The notes under the pieces: generated by a model
The model's database searches: none
What the model was told of the DNA's origin: nothing
Seen by the model: only the letters and a program-made list of their open reading frames with translations
DNA from: Peptococcaceae bacterium BICA1-8
GTDB lineage: Bacteria; Bacillota; Peptococcia; Peptococcales; BICA1-8
NCBI GenBank assembly: GCA_000802045.1
Contig: JUEF01000117.1
Location: forward strand, 6,792-70,791
Direction: 5' to 3'
Length of the DNA: 64,000 nucleotides
Shown here: positions 9,333-19,066 of the stretch, piece by piece
Position numbering within the stretch: position 1 is the stretch's first letter
How the letters are laid out: the number at the start of each line of letters is the position of its first letter
Translations under genes and position numbers: made by a program

Positions 9333-9640
9333 TGGCAAATCTCATCCAAAATATTCTCGGAAATGATAATGATTTTAAACTCAATGATCAAGTAATTGCC
9401 AATGATACTTTAATGGGTCTTAAAGGAGCATCTGTAGCTTATCTTGGTGCTACCTTAGAATCTGCAACTCCCGAAGTTAGAAGAATTTATAATGAATTCT
9501 TAACTCAAAGTGTTTTAGCTCATGAAGCAATGACTGCTTTATCACTAAAAAAGGGTTGGTATAATCCATATCTTTCACCTGAAGAGCAGATTAGCCAATC
9601 ATTTAAACAAGCAGACTGGGTATTGAATGCCAATATTTAA
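9332..9640 (+). CDS. spore coat protein F (CotF) family protein
   Basis: About 100 aa with a Coat_F-like pattern (ANDTLMGLKGASVAYLGATLESATPEVRRIY..FL). Confidence 0.7.
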   Translation: MANLIQNILGNDNDFKLNDQVIANDTLMGLKGASVAYLGATLESATPEVRRIYNEFLTQSVLAHEAMTALSLKKGWYNPYLSPEEQISQSFKQADWVLNANI

Positions 9641-9761
9641 ATAAACTTTTGCCTCTGGGCTTTTCCAGGGGTTTTGTTTTATTGTATAAACGTATAAACC
9701 GTTCGGGGGTTGATATAAAATGAAGGCAGTAGTTTATGTTATCATTTAGGGGGTAAAAACG

Positions 9762-10121
9762 ATGACTAAAACAACTCAGGCCTTACTATTAAAAATTATT
9801 ATGACTTTTGCTGCGGCATGGGTTGCATTTGGCTTTATTGACAATAATATTTTGGCTAGTATATTTATAATAAGTTTATTGGGCACTGCCCTTAATTATC
9901 TATTAGGCGATCTTGTGGTACTGCCAATGCTTGGCAATATAGTTGCTTCTCTAGGTGATGGCGTCATGGCTGCTTTAACAGCATATATTTATAGCTTAAT
10001 AATACCTCAATTTACTACAAGTCTTTTTTCATTAGTATTATTTGCAGGAATTGTCGCAGGAGTAGAGTACTTCTTCCATAAATATCTAATTAGTACAAAA
10101 AAAGTTGCCCCGAATAAATAA
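9762..10121 (+). CDS. small membrane protein, DUF2512 (YndM)-like
   Basis: 119 aa with 3-4 TM segments. Family assignment is by resemblance only. Confidence 0.45.
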   Translation: MTKTTQALLLKIIMTFAAAWVAFGFIDNNILASIFIISLLGTALNYLLGDLVVLPMLGNIVASLGDGVMAALTAYIYSLIIPQFTTSLFSLVLFAGIVAGVEYFFHKYLISTKKVAPNK

Positions 10122-10239
10122 ATCAATACTTTTTTCCTGAGTTATTCTATTCCGTACTTCCCATGTTTCGCAATAAAATTGAGAGGATAAATTACCGTTT
10201 AAAAAACAATACTATGAAAAAAAAGGAAGGTGCTAAAAA

Positions 10240-10494
10240 ATGGATCAAAAGGAACTATTAAATACTCTTTCCTACTTATCCTCAGAAATAAGTAGAATTG
10301 AGACAATGGCTGGTACGCTATCAAGTATTGAAAAGGAGCACTACAATAAGCTGGCTGGATTTGACCATAATGAATTAAGGGACGTGGCGGTAGAGGAGCA
10401 TAGTGCCTCGCGACAATTAGGTACAATTAAACAAATGTGTGTTAGCATGAACCAAAAGATAACTAACCTTGAAGAATCCCTAAAAAATAGTTAA
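10240..10494 (+). CDS. hypothetical coiled-coil protein
   Basis: 84-aa ORF with SD AAGGAAGG, directly upstream of the next gene. Confidence 0.45.
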   Translation: MDQKELLNTLSYLSSEISRIETMAGTLSSIEKEHYNKLAGFDHNELRDVAVEEHSASRQLGTIKQMCVSMNQKITNLEESLKNS

Positions 10495-10516
10495 CAAAGA
10501 GGTGAATAAAGAATAA

Positions 10517-11944
10517 ATGAAACTTATCGAAAATTACGTTCGGTCTTTGATAAACGAAACTATTGATAAGGGAATTACTCGTGTTTCTTACGATCAATAC
10601 ATAGAAAATCTTTTTGAATTGGTTCCTGCTACTAAAAAGGTGGGCATCATCAACCTAGTAGAACTCGTAATGCGGGCAACTCAGGGCACACCCGTTCCTA
10701 GGCCCCTTGGTAGTCACCTCCATTTCTCACCATGGGAGAAACTATTATTTAATCCGGTTCATCTTTTTCGTTTTCCCACTCCAGAGAATGTTGGAATCGA
10801 CACCTCCGTTACTATCGGTAATAACACTCGAAAACCACTTACCCTCTCAATACCTATAATGATTGCTGCCATGTCCTTTGGTGGTGCCTTAAGTAAAAGT
10901 GCTAAGATTGCCCTAGCGAAGGGTGCTTCCATGGCAGGAACAGCAACAAATACCGGTGAAGCTGGATTAATGGAAGAAGAGAGAGCTGCTGCAAGCCTCC
11001 TTATCGGGCAGTACAATAGAGGAGGGTGGATGAATACCCCGGAGAAATACAACCGACTAGATGCTATTGAAATCCAACTAGGTCAAGGTGCTCAAGGTTC
11101 CAGTCCCCAACGTACTTCTGTAAAGAACATTGGAGAGGATTACCGAGAAGTTTTTGAACTATCGGAAGGAGAAGATGCGGTTATTCACTCACGCCTCCCC
11201 GGTGTTTACAATAAGGAAGACTTTATTCAACTGGTTCGGAAACTTAAAGATGAAACTGGTGTGCCGGTTGGACTAAAAATTGCAGCATCACATCACTTAG
11301 AGAAGGAATTAGAGATTGCTCTTGAAGCGGAAGTGGATTTTGTTACAGTAGATGGCGCTGAGGGAGGAACCCACGGGGGAGCACCCACCTTACAGGATGA
11401 TATGGGACTACCCACCTTATTTTCAATAAGTAGAGCAGCCCAATTCTTTATTAACAAACAGGTGTTTAAGAAGACTAATATTATTGCAACCGGTGGTCTC
11501 GTTACACCTGGTCAAATTCTTAAAGCCATGGCACTTGGGGCCGATGCCGTATATATCGGGACTGCAGCAGTAATGGCTTTAGTTAGTGAACAAATGGTAG
11601 AGACAGTACCATTTGAGCCTCCCACAAGCCTTGTAGTCTATACCGGAAAAATGACAGACACGCTTGATATTGATAAAGGGGCCCGGAGTCTATCTAGATA
11701 CTTGAATGCTTGTGTAAAAGAAATGGAGTTGGTAGCAATATCTATGGGACGAACAGCTCTATCGGAGGTAGCAAAGTCAGATTTATGCTCACTTGATCCT
11801 TTCCTTTCAAAGGCAACCGGGGTAAAACTAGGATATATATCAGATGAAGAGCAGGGACGTTTTTTCAGCGAAAGCCAGTCTTTCTTTTCTCCATATTCAC
11901 CACATGTAGAACAAAATAGTGGTACAGTTTCACAGCCTCATTAA
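10517..11944 (+). CDS. FMN-binding glutamate synthase family protein (GltB central-domain-like)
   Basis: Motifs PIMIAAMSFG, VDFVTVDGAEGGTHGGAP and ATGGL..G..ALGADAVYIGTA. Confidence 0.85.
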   Translation: MKLIENYVRSLINETIDKGITRVSYDQYIENLFELVPATKKVGIINLVELVMRATQGTPVPRPLGSHLHFSPWEKLLFNPVHLFRFPTPENVGIDTSVTIGNNTRKPLTLSIPIMIAAMSFGGALSKSAKIALAKGASMAGTATNTGEAGLMEEERAAASLLIGQYNRGGWMNTPEKYNRLDAIEIQLGQGAQGSSPQRTSVKNIGEDYREVFELSEGEDAVIHSRLPGVYNKEDFIQLVRKLKDETGVPVGLKIAASHHLEKELEIALEAEVDFVTVDGAEGGTHGGAPTLQDDMGLPTLFSISRAAQFFINKQVFKKTNIIATGGLVTPGQILKAMALGADAVYIGTAAVMALVSEQMVETVPFEPPTSLVVYTGKMTDTLDIDKGARSLSRYLNACVKEMELVAISMGRTALSEVAKSDLCSLDPFLSKATGVKLGYISDEEQGRFFSESQSFFSPYSPHVEQNSGTVSQPH

Positions 11945-12002
11945 GTTTTAATAAGTTATTACTTTAAAAGGATCACTAGCATCTACTTTTTTAATAAAAT
12001 TA

Positions 12003-12028
12003 GGGTACCCCGGTGAGGGTACCTTTTT
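12003..12028 (+). terminator. rho-independent terminator
   Basis: GGTACCC-cggtga-GGGTACC stem followed by T5. Confidence 0.7.
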
Positions 12029-12079
12029 AACATATCATTCTCCTGTGTTTTTCTAGATTAGTTTTATTCGGCGTAACCT

Positions 12080-12289
12080 TCAGGAGATATTGGTTTTAAA
12101 TTCGGAAGTAATTTCTACATTATTTTTCAGCATTGCCCATACCGGGCAGTAAGATTCCTCAGCTAATTTAATTGCTTTAGATATATCACTTTCATCAGTG
12201 AAGTTGACTTGTTGATGGTCTTAAGTATGAGTTGTTTTTTGTCCTCAAATAATGATAAAAAGTTTAAAGGGAATACTTTCCTTTTTCAT
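12080..12289 (-). pseudogene. OsmC/Ohr-family gene remnant
   Basis: The C-terminal peptide SDISKAIKLAEESYCPVWAMLKNNVEITSEFK is OsmC-like. The upstream part is broken by in-frame stops and is far too short. Confidence 0.55.
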
Positions 12290-12618
12290 TTTGTCACCTC
12301 AAGTTTATAACCGCTACCTCTGACGGTAGAGATAATATCGCCCTCGCTTTTTAATTTTTGGCGTAGCCTTTTAACATGAGTATCGACGGTTCTTAAATCA
12401 CCGTAATACTCATAACCCCATACCTTGTTGAGAATTAGCTCCCGGGAGAGCACGATATTCTTATTCCTAACAAAATAAACAAGGAGATCATACTCCTTGG
12501 GGGTGAGTTCTATATTGACGCCAATTATAGTTACGGTATGGGACAGTTCATTTACAACCAGACGGCCAACCTCATGAATTTCCGGTGATTCATGAAAGCT
12601 AGTATCCGCCCTTTTTAA
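12286..12618 (-). pseudogene. OmpR-family response regulator remnant (winged-helix output domain only)
   Basis: Reverse translation gives ...LTPKEYDLLVYFVRNKNIVLSRELILNKVWGYEYYGDLRTVDTHVKRLRQKLK...GSGYKLEVTK. There is no receiver domain and no start codon. The upper boundary is approximate. Confidence 0.7.
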
Positions 12619-12619
12619 G

Positions 12620-13051
12620 ATGAAAACAGACTGGGCTCGGATTGTGGTTCTGGTGGTTTTTCTATGGAAAAATATTGGTTACAGCATGATCTTGTTCCTG
12701 ACCGGATTGCAGAATATACCGGTTGAATACTACGAAGCGGCCAGGATAGACGGGGCCAGCCGTAGGCAGGAGTTTTTCAGGATAACCTTGGTTTATCTAA
12801 CCCCTACTGCTTTTTTTGTTTTTGTTATCTCGATTATCAATTCATTTAAGGTTTTCCGGGAGACGTACCTTATCGCCGGAGAATATCCCCATAGCAGTAT
12901 CTATATGCTGCAGCACTACATGAACAATATGTTCATGGCTCTGGATTATCAGAAACTGACCTCTGCGGCCTTCATTTTGGCCCTCTTTATAGTGGCCGTG
13001 GTTTTATTGCTTTTTATTGTAGAAAGAAAGATCGACAGCATAATAAACTGA
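12620..13051 (+). pseudogene. carbohydrate-type ABC transporter permease, C-terminal half only
   Basis: Contains the EAA-loop region (YYEAARIDGASRRQEFFRITL) and the last TM segments. The N-terminal half is missing, and the fragment abuts the inverted regulator remnant. Confidence 0.7.
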
Positions 13052-13100
13052 TTAGTTGGGGACATTCCTGTCCACTAAAGACTACTAAGCTTCAGCAGGT

Positions 13101-14588
13101 ATGTCCTCATTCCATAAGGGGGGATTGAGTGTTTTGAACCATCTAAAGAAAGTACTCCAGCTTACAGTTTTACTAATTTTGGTCATCTTTTTCTTGTTTC
13201 CCTTAGTCATGACCGTTACGGCCCTGATGCTCTTCATAGGGGTATTTTCAAACGCATGTGGCAACAATCAGGCTGCTCAGGGCAAAAATAATTCCTTTAC
13301 CATTTCGGTTGTTACAAAGGATATGTATCTGGATATGGTCGTAAAGAAATTTCAGGAACTTCATCCCAGCATTAACGTGGAAGTGAAGGAATATACATCC
13401 AATCCTCTGCCCCCTGCTTCAGGAAAGGGCATCATTATCAGGACTGAAGATCCTATCGATATCGAAAAATATGTGATGGCTATGAATACCCAGCTCATGT
13501 CCGGCCAAGGCAGTGATATCATCTTGTTAAACAACCTGCCTTATGAAACCTATGCGGATAAGAATCTTTTGCTCAACTTAGGCCAGATGATGCAGTCGGA
13601 TCAGAGCTTTAATAGTAGTAAGTACTACCAGAATATTCTAGAGGCTTTAGAATATAAAGGAAATCTCTATGGGCTGCCAGTTAGTTTCAGTATTGATATA
13701 ATGGCCGCCGATAAAACTTTGCTGGAAAATTCCCAGGTGAAAATTGACGATAACACTTGGAGTTGGAATGATTTTGTCAAAATGGCAGAAAAGGTCATTA
13801 ACGACAATAAAACTAGAGGAACCCAGGAACTGTATGCCTTGGCTGGGATGGATGAAAAAAGACTAATTACATCTTTAGTTAGAGAAAACTATGGCAAATT
13901 GGTTGATTCGGAGAAAAAGACAGCAAATTTTACCGGAAAAGAATTTCTTGACCTCCTAAACCTGAGTAAATATCTGATTGACCACAAACTTATTAATACG
14001 GATACAACCCAGACCAATATGATGGATCTGGCATCCAGGGGTAAGCTTGTTTTTAATCTTATTCCCCTTAGAGGATTTATGGATCTGCAAGCGACTAAGA
14101 CGATTTTCACCGGAGAGGTTCAACTTTTAAAGCCCCCCGGAAACGAAGGTAATCTGTTCTTTACCACGGACTCCATGTATGGGATTAGCAACAATTCACC
14201 CCATCAAGAACTGGCCTGGGAATTCTTGAAATTATTGGTATCCGATGAGATGATGTCCCAAGGAACACTTTTTGGAATGCCGATTAATAAGAGTGTGGTT
14301 CCCCAAATTGCCCAGAATACCATACAGTCTTTACAAAAGGGTGGAAGGATGATCATGAAAGGCGCCAACAATAGCCAAGCTCAAAGTATAACGCTACAGC
14401 CTCCCACTCAGGAGGAGATTAATTTTGTCGAAAGCCTGCTGAATAAAGCGAATATATACAATGGAACGGACCAAAAGATTATCTCAATTATGCAGGAAGA
14501 AACCACGGCGTTCTTTACAGGGCAAAAGACAGCGGAAGTGACTGCTCGGTTGATTCAAGACAGGGTGAGCACATACTTAAATGAATAA
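13101..14588 (+). CDS. ABC transporter extracellular solute-binding lipoprotein with a chimeric N-terminus
   Basis: A lipobox (FSNAC) is followed by a family-1 SBP-like body. The first ~45 aa (KKVLQLTVLLILVIFFLFPLV) look like the N-terminus of a MalG-type permease. No SD precedes the ATG. Confidence 0.65.
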   Translation: MSSFHKGGLSVLNHLKKVLQLTVLLILVIFFLFPLVMTVTALMLFIGVFSNACGNNQAAQGKNNSFTISVVTKDMYLDMVVKKFQELHPSINVEVKEYTSNPLPPASGKGIIIRTEDPIDIEKYVMAMNTQLMSGQGSDIILLNNLPYETYADKNLLLNLGQMMQSDQSFNSSKYYQNILEALEYKGNLYGLPVSFSIDIMAADKTLLENSQVKIDDNTWSWNDFVKMAEKVINDNKTRGTQELYALAGMDEKRLITSLVRENYGKLVDSEKKTANFTGKEFLDLLNLSKYLIDHKLINTDTTQTNMMDLASRGKLVFNLIPLRGFMDLQATKTIFTGEVQLLKPPGNEGNLFFTTDSMYGISNNSPHQELAWEFLKLLVSDEMMSQGTLFGMPINKSVVPQIAQNTIQSLQKGGRMIMKGANNSQAQSITLQPPTQEEINFVESLLNKANIYNGTDQKIISIMQEETTAFFTGQKTAEVTARLIQDRVSTYLNE

Positions 14589-14715
14589 TAGAAAGGGGTC
14601 TGGCATATTTAACTTGGTCCCAATAGACCATATTTATCCAGGCATGTGGTTAAAGAAGGATTTTTATACAGTTTTAGATAATTAATATATATTCGCTAAA
14701 AAAGGAGGATTTAAC

Positions 14716-15528
14716 TTGAAAGCTGTTTTTACATTAAAATCAGCTGAATCCAGACGCTTAATTGCTAAGGCAGTTGCGGCTATGGAGGAGGTAAAACAGG
14801 CTAAGGAAAAAGCCTACATTATCTTAGCAGGAGGAACTACAAACGGTTTTGTGGCTCAAGAAATTTTGGGAGACATGGAAATTAAGCCGCACCTAGCAAC
14901 AGTTGGTACAAGCACAGATGGAGTGTTATGTATTACGAAACCCGACTCCAGAAAACCTTTTCCTAATGTTCTTTATAAAGGGGAACCAATTGATAAATCC
15001 TTAGAAGAGGTTTTTCAGGATTTCCATCTGGAAACTGTAGTAATAAAAGGTGCTAATGCAGTTGATACTGAAGGTAACGTGGGAGTAATTACGTCTGGTT
15101 TTGACGGTGGTACGGTACCTAAAATAATTGGCACAGTAACTTCACAAGGTCTTACATACATCACTCCCGTGGGCTTGGAAAAATTAGTTCCCTCTGTAAA
15201 AGAAGCGGCTAAAGTAGTTGGAGCCCGCAGATTGGATCATTCTCTGGGAGCAGATTTCGGGATGTTTTGTATTACAAATTCTATTGTAGTTACGGAAATT
15301 GAAGCACTGAAGATTTTATTTGGGGTAAAGGCTACTCACGTAGCATCCGGTGGAATTGGCGGTAATGAAGGAGCTGTTGTATTAGCGGTCGAGGGCAGCG
15401 CAGAGGAACTTGAGAAAACTATTAATTTCATAGAGAGTGAAGTTAAAGGAGAACCCCCAATAGCATCTAACAAGGGAGATTGCAGTGATTGCCGCTACCC
15501 GAGATGCCACTATAATAAGAACAGTTAA
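14716..15528 (+). CDS. uncharacterised protein with a C-terminal Cys cluster; paralog of 30575..31402
   Basis: SD AAGGAGG. Shares LIAKAV, GGTTNG, KGANAVD..GN.G, PVGLEK, ITEIEAL, ASGG.GG.EGAV and a CxxCx4C tail with the second copy. Confidence 0.75.
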   Translation: MKAVFTLKSAESRRLIAKAVAAMEEVKQAKEKAYIILAGGTTNGFVAQEILGDMEIKPHLATVGTSTDGVLCITKPDSRKPFPNVLYKGEPIDKSLEEVFQDFHLETVVIKGANAVDTEGNVGVITSGFDGGTVPKIIGTVTSQGLTYITPVGLEKLVPSVKEAAKVVGARRLDHSLGADFGMFCITNSIVVTEIEALKILFGVKATHVASGGIGGNEGAVVLAVEGSAEELEKTINFIESEVKGEPPIASNKGDCSDCRYPRCHYNKNS

Positions 15529-15588
15529 ATTAAAACCCAGAGGGATGTAAACTATACCCTCTGGGTTTTTTACGGACTGCCTAATGTT

Positions 15589-16281
15589 TTAGTTTTGTAT
15601 TTTTTCGATGCTGGTTAGTACAAGCTGACCGTTATTGTTTTTATAGAAGGTGAAATGGACTTGGTCACCTGTTTTGAGTCCGAAATTTTCAAAATCATCT
15701 TTAACCTTGTCAGCTAGCTGGAAGGCTCTTGCCGATATTTCATCGGGTACTCCGCTTATCTTTATTTCAATTGAGTTATTATTAATTAATCCGATATATG
15801 TTCCGCTGTCTTTTTGAACTGGTTCTTTTTCCACGGAAATTTCTGTTAATTCTACCAAGGTGGATTTTCTACTATCTTTTTCAATCTTAACTAGAATGTT
15901 AGGATAGGTAAGTACTTGAGCAACCATTTCATCTGGTGCCGGTACACGTAAAGAAGCATTTACTTTAATCTCTTGGTCAGTTCCTATGAGTACTAAGCTA
16001 TCTATTCCATACCCCGCTGTAGGCTTTTCCCCCAAACTAAGAAGTAGATAGGTGTTTTCTTTATAATCAAAAGAATACAGTCCCTCTTTATTGTAGTTCT
16101 TTTGATACCAATCTGCCAGTTCACTGGGAAGACTTTCTTGGGAGGAAGTATCAACTACTTCGTATTGTAGCTCACCTAATTGTGGCTGTAATTTTTGAGT
16201 TTCTTTAACTTCATTATTACAACTGAGCAGTAAAAATGCAAAGGAGATAAGTAATATCATAACAACTAATTTTCGTTTCAT
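15589..16281 (-). CDS. lipoprotein with a PrcB-like domain
   Basis: Signal peptide plus lipobox (LLLSC). The segment YLLLSLGEKPTAGYGIDSLVL resembles the PrcB C-terminal domain. Confidence 0.5.
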   Translation of the reverse strand: MKRKLVVMILLISFAFLLLSCNNEVKETQKLQPQLGELQYEVVDTSSQESLPSELADWYQKNYNKEGLYSFDYKENTYLLLSLGEKPTAGYGIDSLVLIGTDQEIKVNASLRVPAPDEMVAQVLTYPNILVKIEKDSRKSTLVELTEISVEKEPVQKDSGTYIGLINNNSIEIKISGVPDEISARAFQLADKVKDDFENFGLKTGDQVHFTFYKNNNGQLVLTSIEKIQN

Positions 16282-16387
16282 ATAAAATCACCTTTTCTTT
16301 TTTGATTTCTTTATTTAATATATTGACGTTTTGTTGCTTGATAAGTTCCAGAATAAGGTTAAATAATCCATGAAAATAATTGTTTAA

Positions 16388-16409
16388 TTAACACGAAGCT
16401 TCGTGTTAA
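16388..16409. promoter_or_regulatory. perfect 22-bp palindrome in a divergent intergenic region
   Basis: TTAACACGAAGCTTCGTGTTAA, between the minus-strand lipoprotein gene and the plus-strand HD gene. Confidence 0.4.
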
Positions 16410-16515
16410 ACTTGGCATATGGAGGAAGAACGATGAATTTTATAGGTGACTCCAGCATTTCAAATTTGTTAAGCTTGGGCTCACTAACTTTTAAAATATT
16501 TTAAATGGAGGTTGT

Positions 16516-17094
16516 ATGAGCCACTTTTTTGCGTTCCTTTCAAGAATGAAGTTAATTCAGCGTTGGGGTTTAATGAGAAATACCCATCCGGAAAATATTC
16601 AGGAGCATAGTTTGCAAGTTGCAATGATAGCCCATTCGCTTGCAATAATAAAAAATACGTTTTATGAAGGAGAGCTTAACCCAGAAAGGGTAATGGCTTT
16701 GGGAGTTTATCACGAAGTCTCAGAAGTAATAACCGGTGATTTAGCAACACCAATAAAGTATTTTAATCCTGAAATTAAAAAGGCATTCGGTGAAATTGAG
16801 GAGGTAGCAAAAAATCGTCTCTTCAAAATGTTGCCCGAACAACTAAAAAATAAATATAGGAGATATTTATTTTTTAATAAAGAAGATGAAGAGAACTGGA
16901 AGATTGTGAAGGCTGCCGATAAAATATCAGCTTATCTAAAATGTGTAGAAGAGATAAAAGTAGGTAATGGAGAATTTAAAAGTGCAGAAAAAGCATTAAA
17001 AGCTGAGATAGATAAATTCGCGCTACCAGAAGTCGACTATTTTATGAAGGAATTTGTTCCTAGCTTTTCATTAACTTTAGATGAACTAGATTAG
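16516..17094 (+). CDS. yfbR: HD-domain 5'-deoxynucleotidase, YfbR-like
   Basis: N-terminus FLSRMKLIQRWGLMRNTHPENIQEHSLQVA and HEVSEVITGD. Confidence 0.85.
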   Translation: MSHFFAFLSRMKLIQRWGLMRNTHPENIQEHSLQVAMIAHSLAIIKNTFYEGELNPERVMALGVYHEVSEVITGDLATPIKYFNPEIKKAFGEIEEVAKNRLFKMLPEQLKNKYRRYLFFNKEDEENWKIVKAADKISAYLKCVEEIKVGNGEFKSAEKALKAEIDKFALPEVDYFMKEFVPSFSLTLDELD

Positions 17095-17162
17095 GCTCCA
17101 ATGATCTTTACCATCTTAGTTTTTATTTTATATAACAAAGAAAGTAAAGGACGTGAATACTA

Positions 17163-18773
17163 ATGAATTATGACTCTTTATATTATCCTTATAAATCTCA
17201 AAGGATGTCTATTTTTGCTAAAAACGGTATGGTGGCAACTTCACAACCATTAGCTGCTCAGGCGGGATTAGAGATGCTTAAAAAGGGTGGAAATGCCATA
17301 GATGCTGCTATTGCAGCAGCCGCCTGTTTAACTGTTGTTGAACCCACTTCAAATGGGATAGGCGGAGACGCTTTTGCAATACTGTGGACCAACAAAAAAA
17401 TGTACGGTTTGAATTCTAGCGGTCCAGCCCCACGGGCTATTTCAATTGAGGAGCTAAAGAAGAAAGGGTACGAGGAAATCCCCGAACGTGGCATGCTCAC
17501 TGTGACTATTCCTGGAACCCCTGCTGCTTGGGCCAGTTTGTCTGCGAGATTTGGTAAATTAGCATTTAAAGAAGTGCTTCAACCGGCAATAAAGTATGCT
17601 ATTGAAGGATATCCACTAACACCTATCCTTGCAAAAAACTGGGAAATGGCATTTGTTGATTATAAAAAAAATTTTCGAGGGGATGAGTTTAAACCATGGT
17701 TTGATACCTTTACTATTAATGGTAGAGCTCCTAAAATAGGTGAGGTATGGAAGTCACTGGATCATGGACGAACCTTAGAGTCTATTGCTGAAACTAAAGC
17801 TGAGTCCTTTTATAGAGGTGAGCTGGCTGAGAAGATAGATGCATTTATGAAAAAGCATGGTGGGTATTTAAAAAAGGATGATCTAGCAGAATATTATCCA
17901 GAATGGGTTGAACCTATCAAGGTTAATTATCGGGGCTATGATGTTTGGGAGATACCTCCTAATGGTCAAGGTTTAAATACTCTGATGGCATTAAATATTT
18001 TACAAGGCTTTGAATTTCCCGAAAAGGATTCAGTAGATACATATCATAAACAGATAGAAGCAATGAAGCTTGCATTTACCGATGGACAACAATATATTAG
18101 TGATCCCAGATATATGAAAGTTGCTACAGAGAATTTGCTTTCTAAGACATTTGCTTATGAAAGAAGAACTTGCATTTCTGAAAATGCGTTAGACCCTGCA
18201 CCGGGAATTCCCCCCCAAGGAGGAACTGTCTATCTAGCTGCTGCAGATGGAGAAGGAAATATGATTTCCTATATCCAAAGCAACTATAATGGCTTTGGTT
18301 CAGGTATTGTAATCCCGGGTACAGGAATTGCTCTTCAAAATCGCGGAAAGGATTTTTCCCTAGACCCCAACAATATAAATGCATTAATAGGTGGGAAGAA
18401 AAGCTACCACACCATCATCCCAGGGTTTTTAACCAAGGATAACCAGCCAATTGGTCCCTTTGGGGTAATGGGTGGTTTTATGCAGCCCCAAGGACATTTG
18501 CAGGTAATTATGAATACCATTGATTTTAATCTTAATCCTCAGGCCAGTTTAGATGCCCCAAGATGGTTGTGGCAAGGTGGGAAAAAGGTTTTTGTAGAAC
18601 CACACTTCCCAAATCATATAACTCAGGCTTTACAACGAAAAGGGCACCATATAATTAATTCGATAGATGAAGTCGGGTTTGGTAGAGGTCAGATAATCTG
18701 GCGTGAACCAAATACGGGTATACTTAACGGAGGTACAGATCCCAGAGCTGATGGATATATTGCCTGTTACTAA
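17163..18773 (+). CDS. ggt: gamma-glutamyltransferase family protein (second copy)
   Basis: GGNAIDAAIAAA, nucleophile region QGGTVYLAAAD, and GGFMQPQGH. Confidence 0.9.
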   Translation: MNYDSLYYPYKSQRMSIFAKNGMVATSQPLAAQAGLEMLKKGGNAIDAAIAAAACLTVVEPTSNGIGGDAFAILWTNKKMYGLNSSGPAPRAISIEELKKKGYEEIPERGMLTVTIPGTPAAWASLSARFGKLAFKEVLQPAIKYAIEGYPLTPILAKNWEMAFVDYKKNFRGDEFKPWFDTFTINGRAPKIGEVWKSLDHGRTLESIAETKAESFYRGELAEKIDAFMKKHGGYLKKDDLAEYYPEWVEPIKVNYRGYDVWEIPPNGQGLNTLMALNILQGFEFPEKDSVDTYHKQIEAMKLAFTDGQQYISDPRYMKVATENLLSKTFAYERRTCISENALDPAPGIPPQGGTVYLAAADGEGNMISYIQSNYNGFGSGIVIPGTGIALQNRGKDFSLDPNNINALIGGKKSYHTIIPGFLTKDNQPIGPFGVMGGFMQPQGHLQVIMNTIDFNLNPQASLDAPRWLWQGGKKVFVEPHFPNHITQALQRKGHHIINSIDEVGFGRGQIIWREPNTGILNGGTDPRADGYIACY

Positions 18774-19066
18774 AGCATAAGCCCTAGCAATCCTAATATT
18801 ACTGATTTACAAGCTAGATTTTAAAAAAAGTCCTGAAGGGCTTATCAAGTTAGTAGTATTTAGTAAAATAAAAAAAGTCCGAATTCTTATTTAATTTAAG
18901 TTAAGAATTTTAAATTGGAGTTGCACCCAGAAAAACCTAATTAATTTTAGCAAATACTAGAATTCTTAAAGAAGAAGGACTTTTTAAAAAAATATAGAAA
19001 AGTAGTATTATAAATGAAACGCTGATCCAAATACGGCAACGAAATAAAAAAGGATGGTAACTATAA

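Noticed and set aside
18777-18990. Long-range complementary segments (ATAAGCCCT/AGGGCTTAT, AAAAAGTCC/GGACTTTTT) and an AATTCTTA/TAAGAATT hairpin downstream of the second ggt gene
   Set aside because: The stems are short and AT-rich in an AT-rich spacer and are compatible with chance or a weak terminator. I could not build a convincing single structure.
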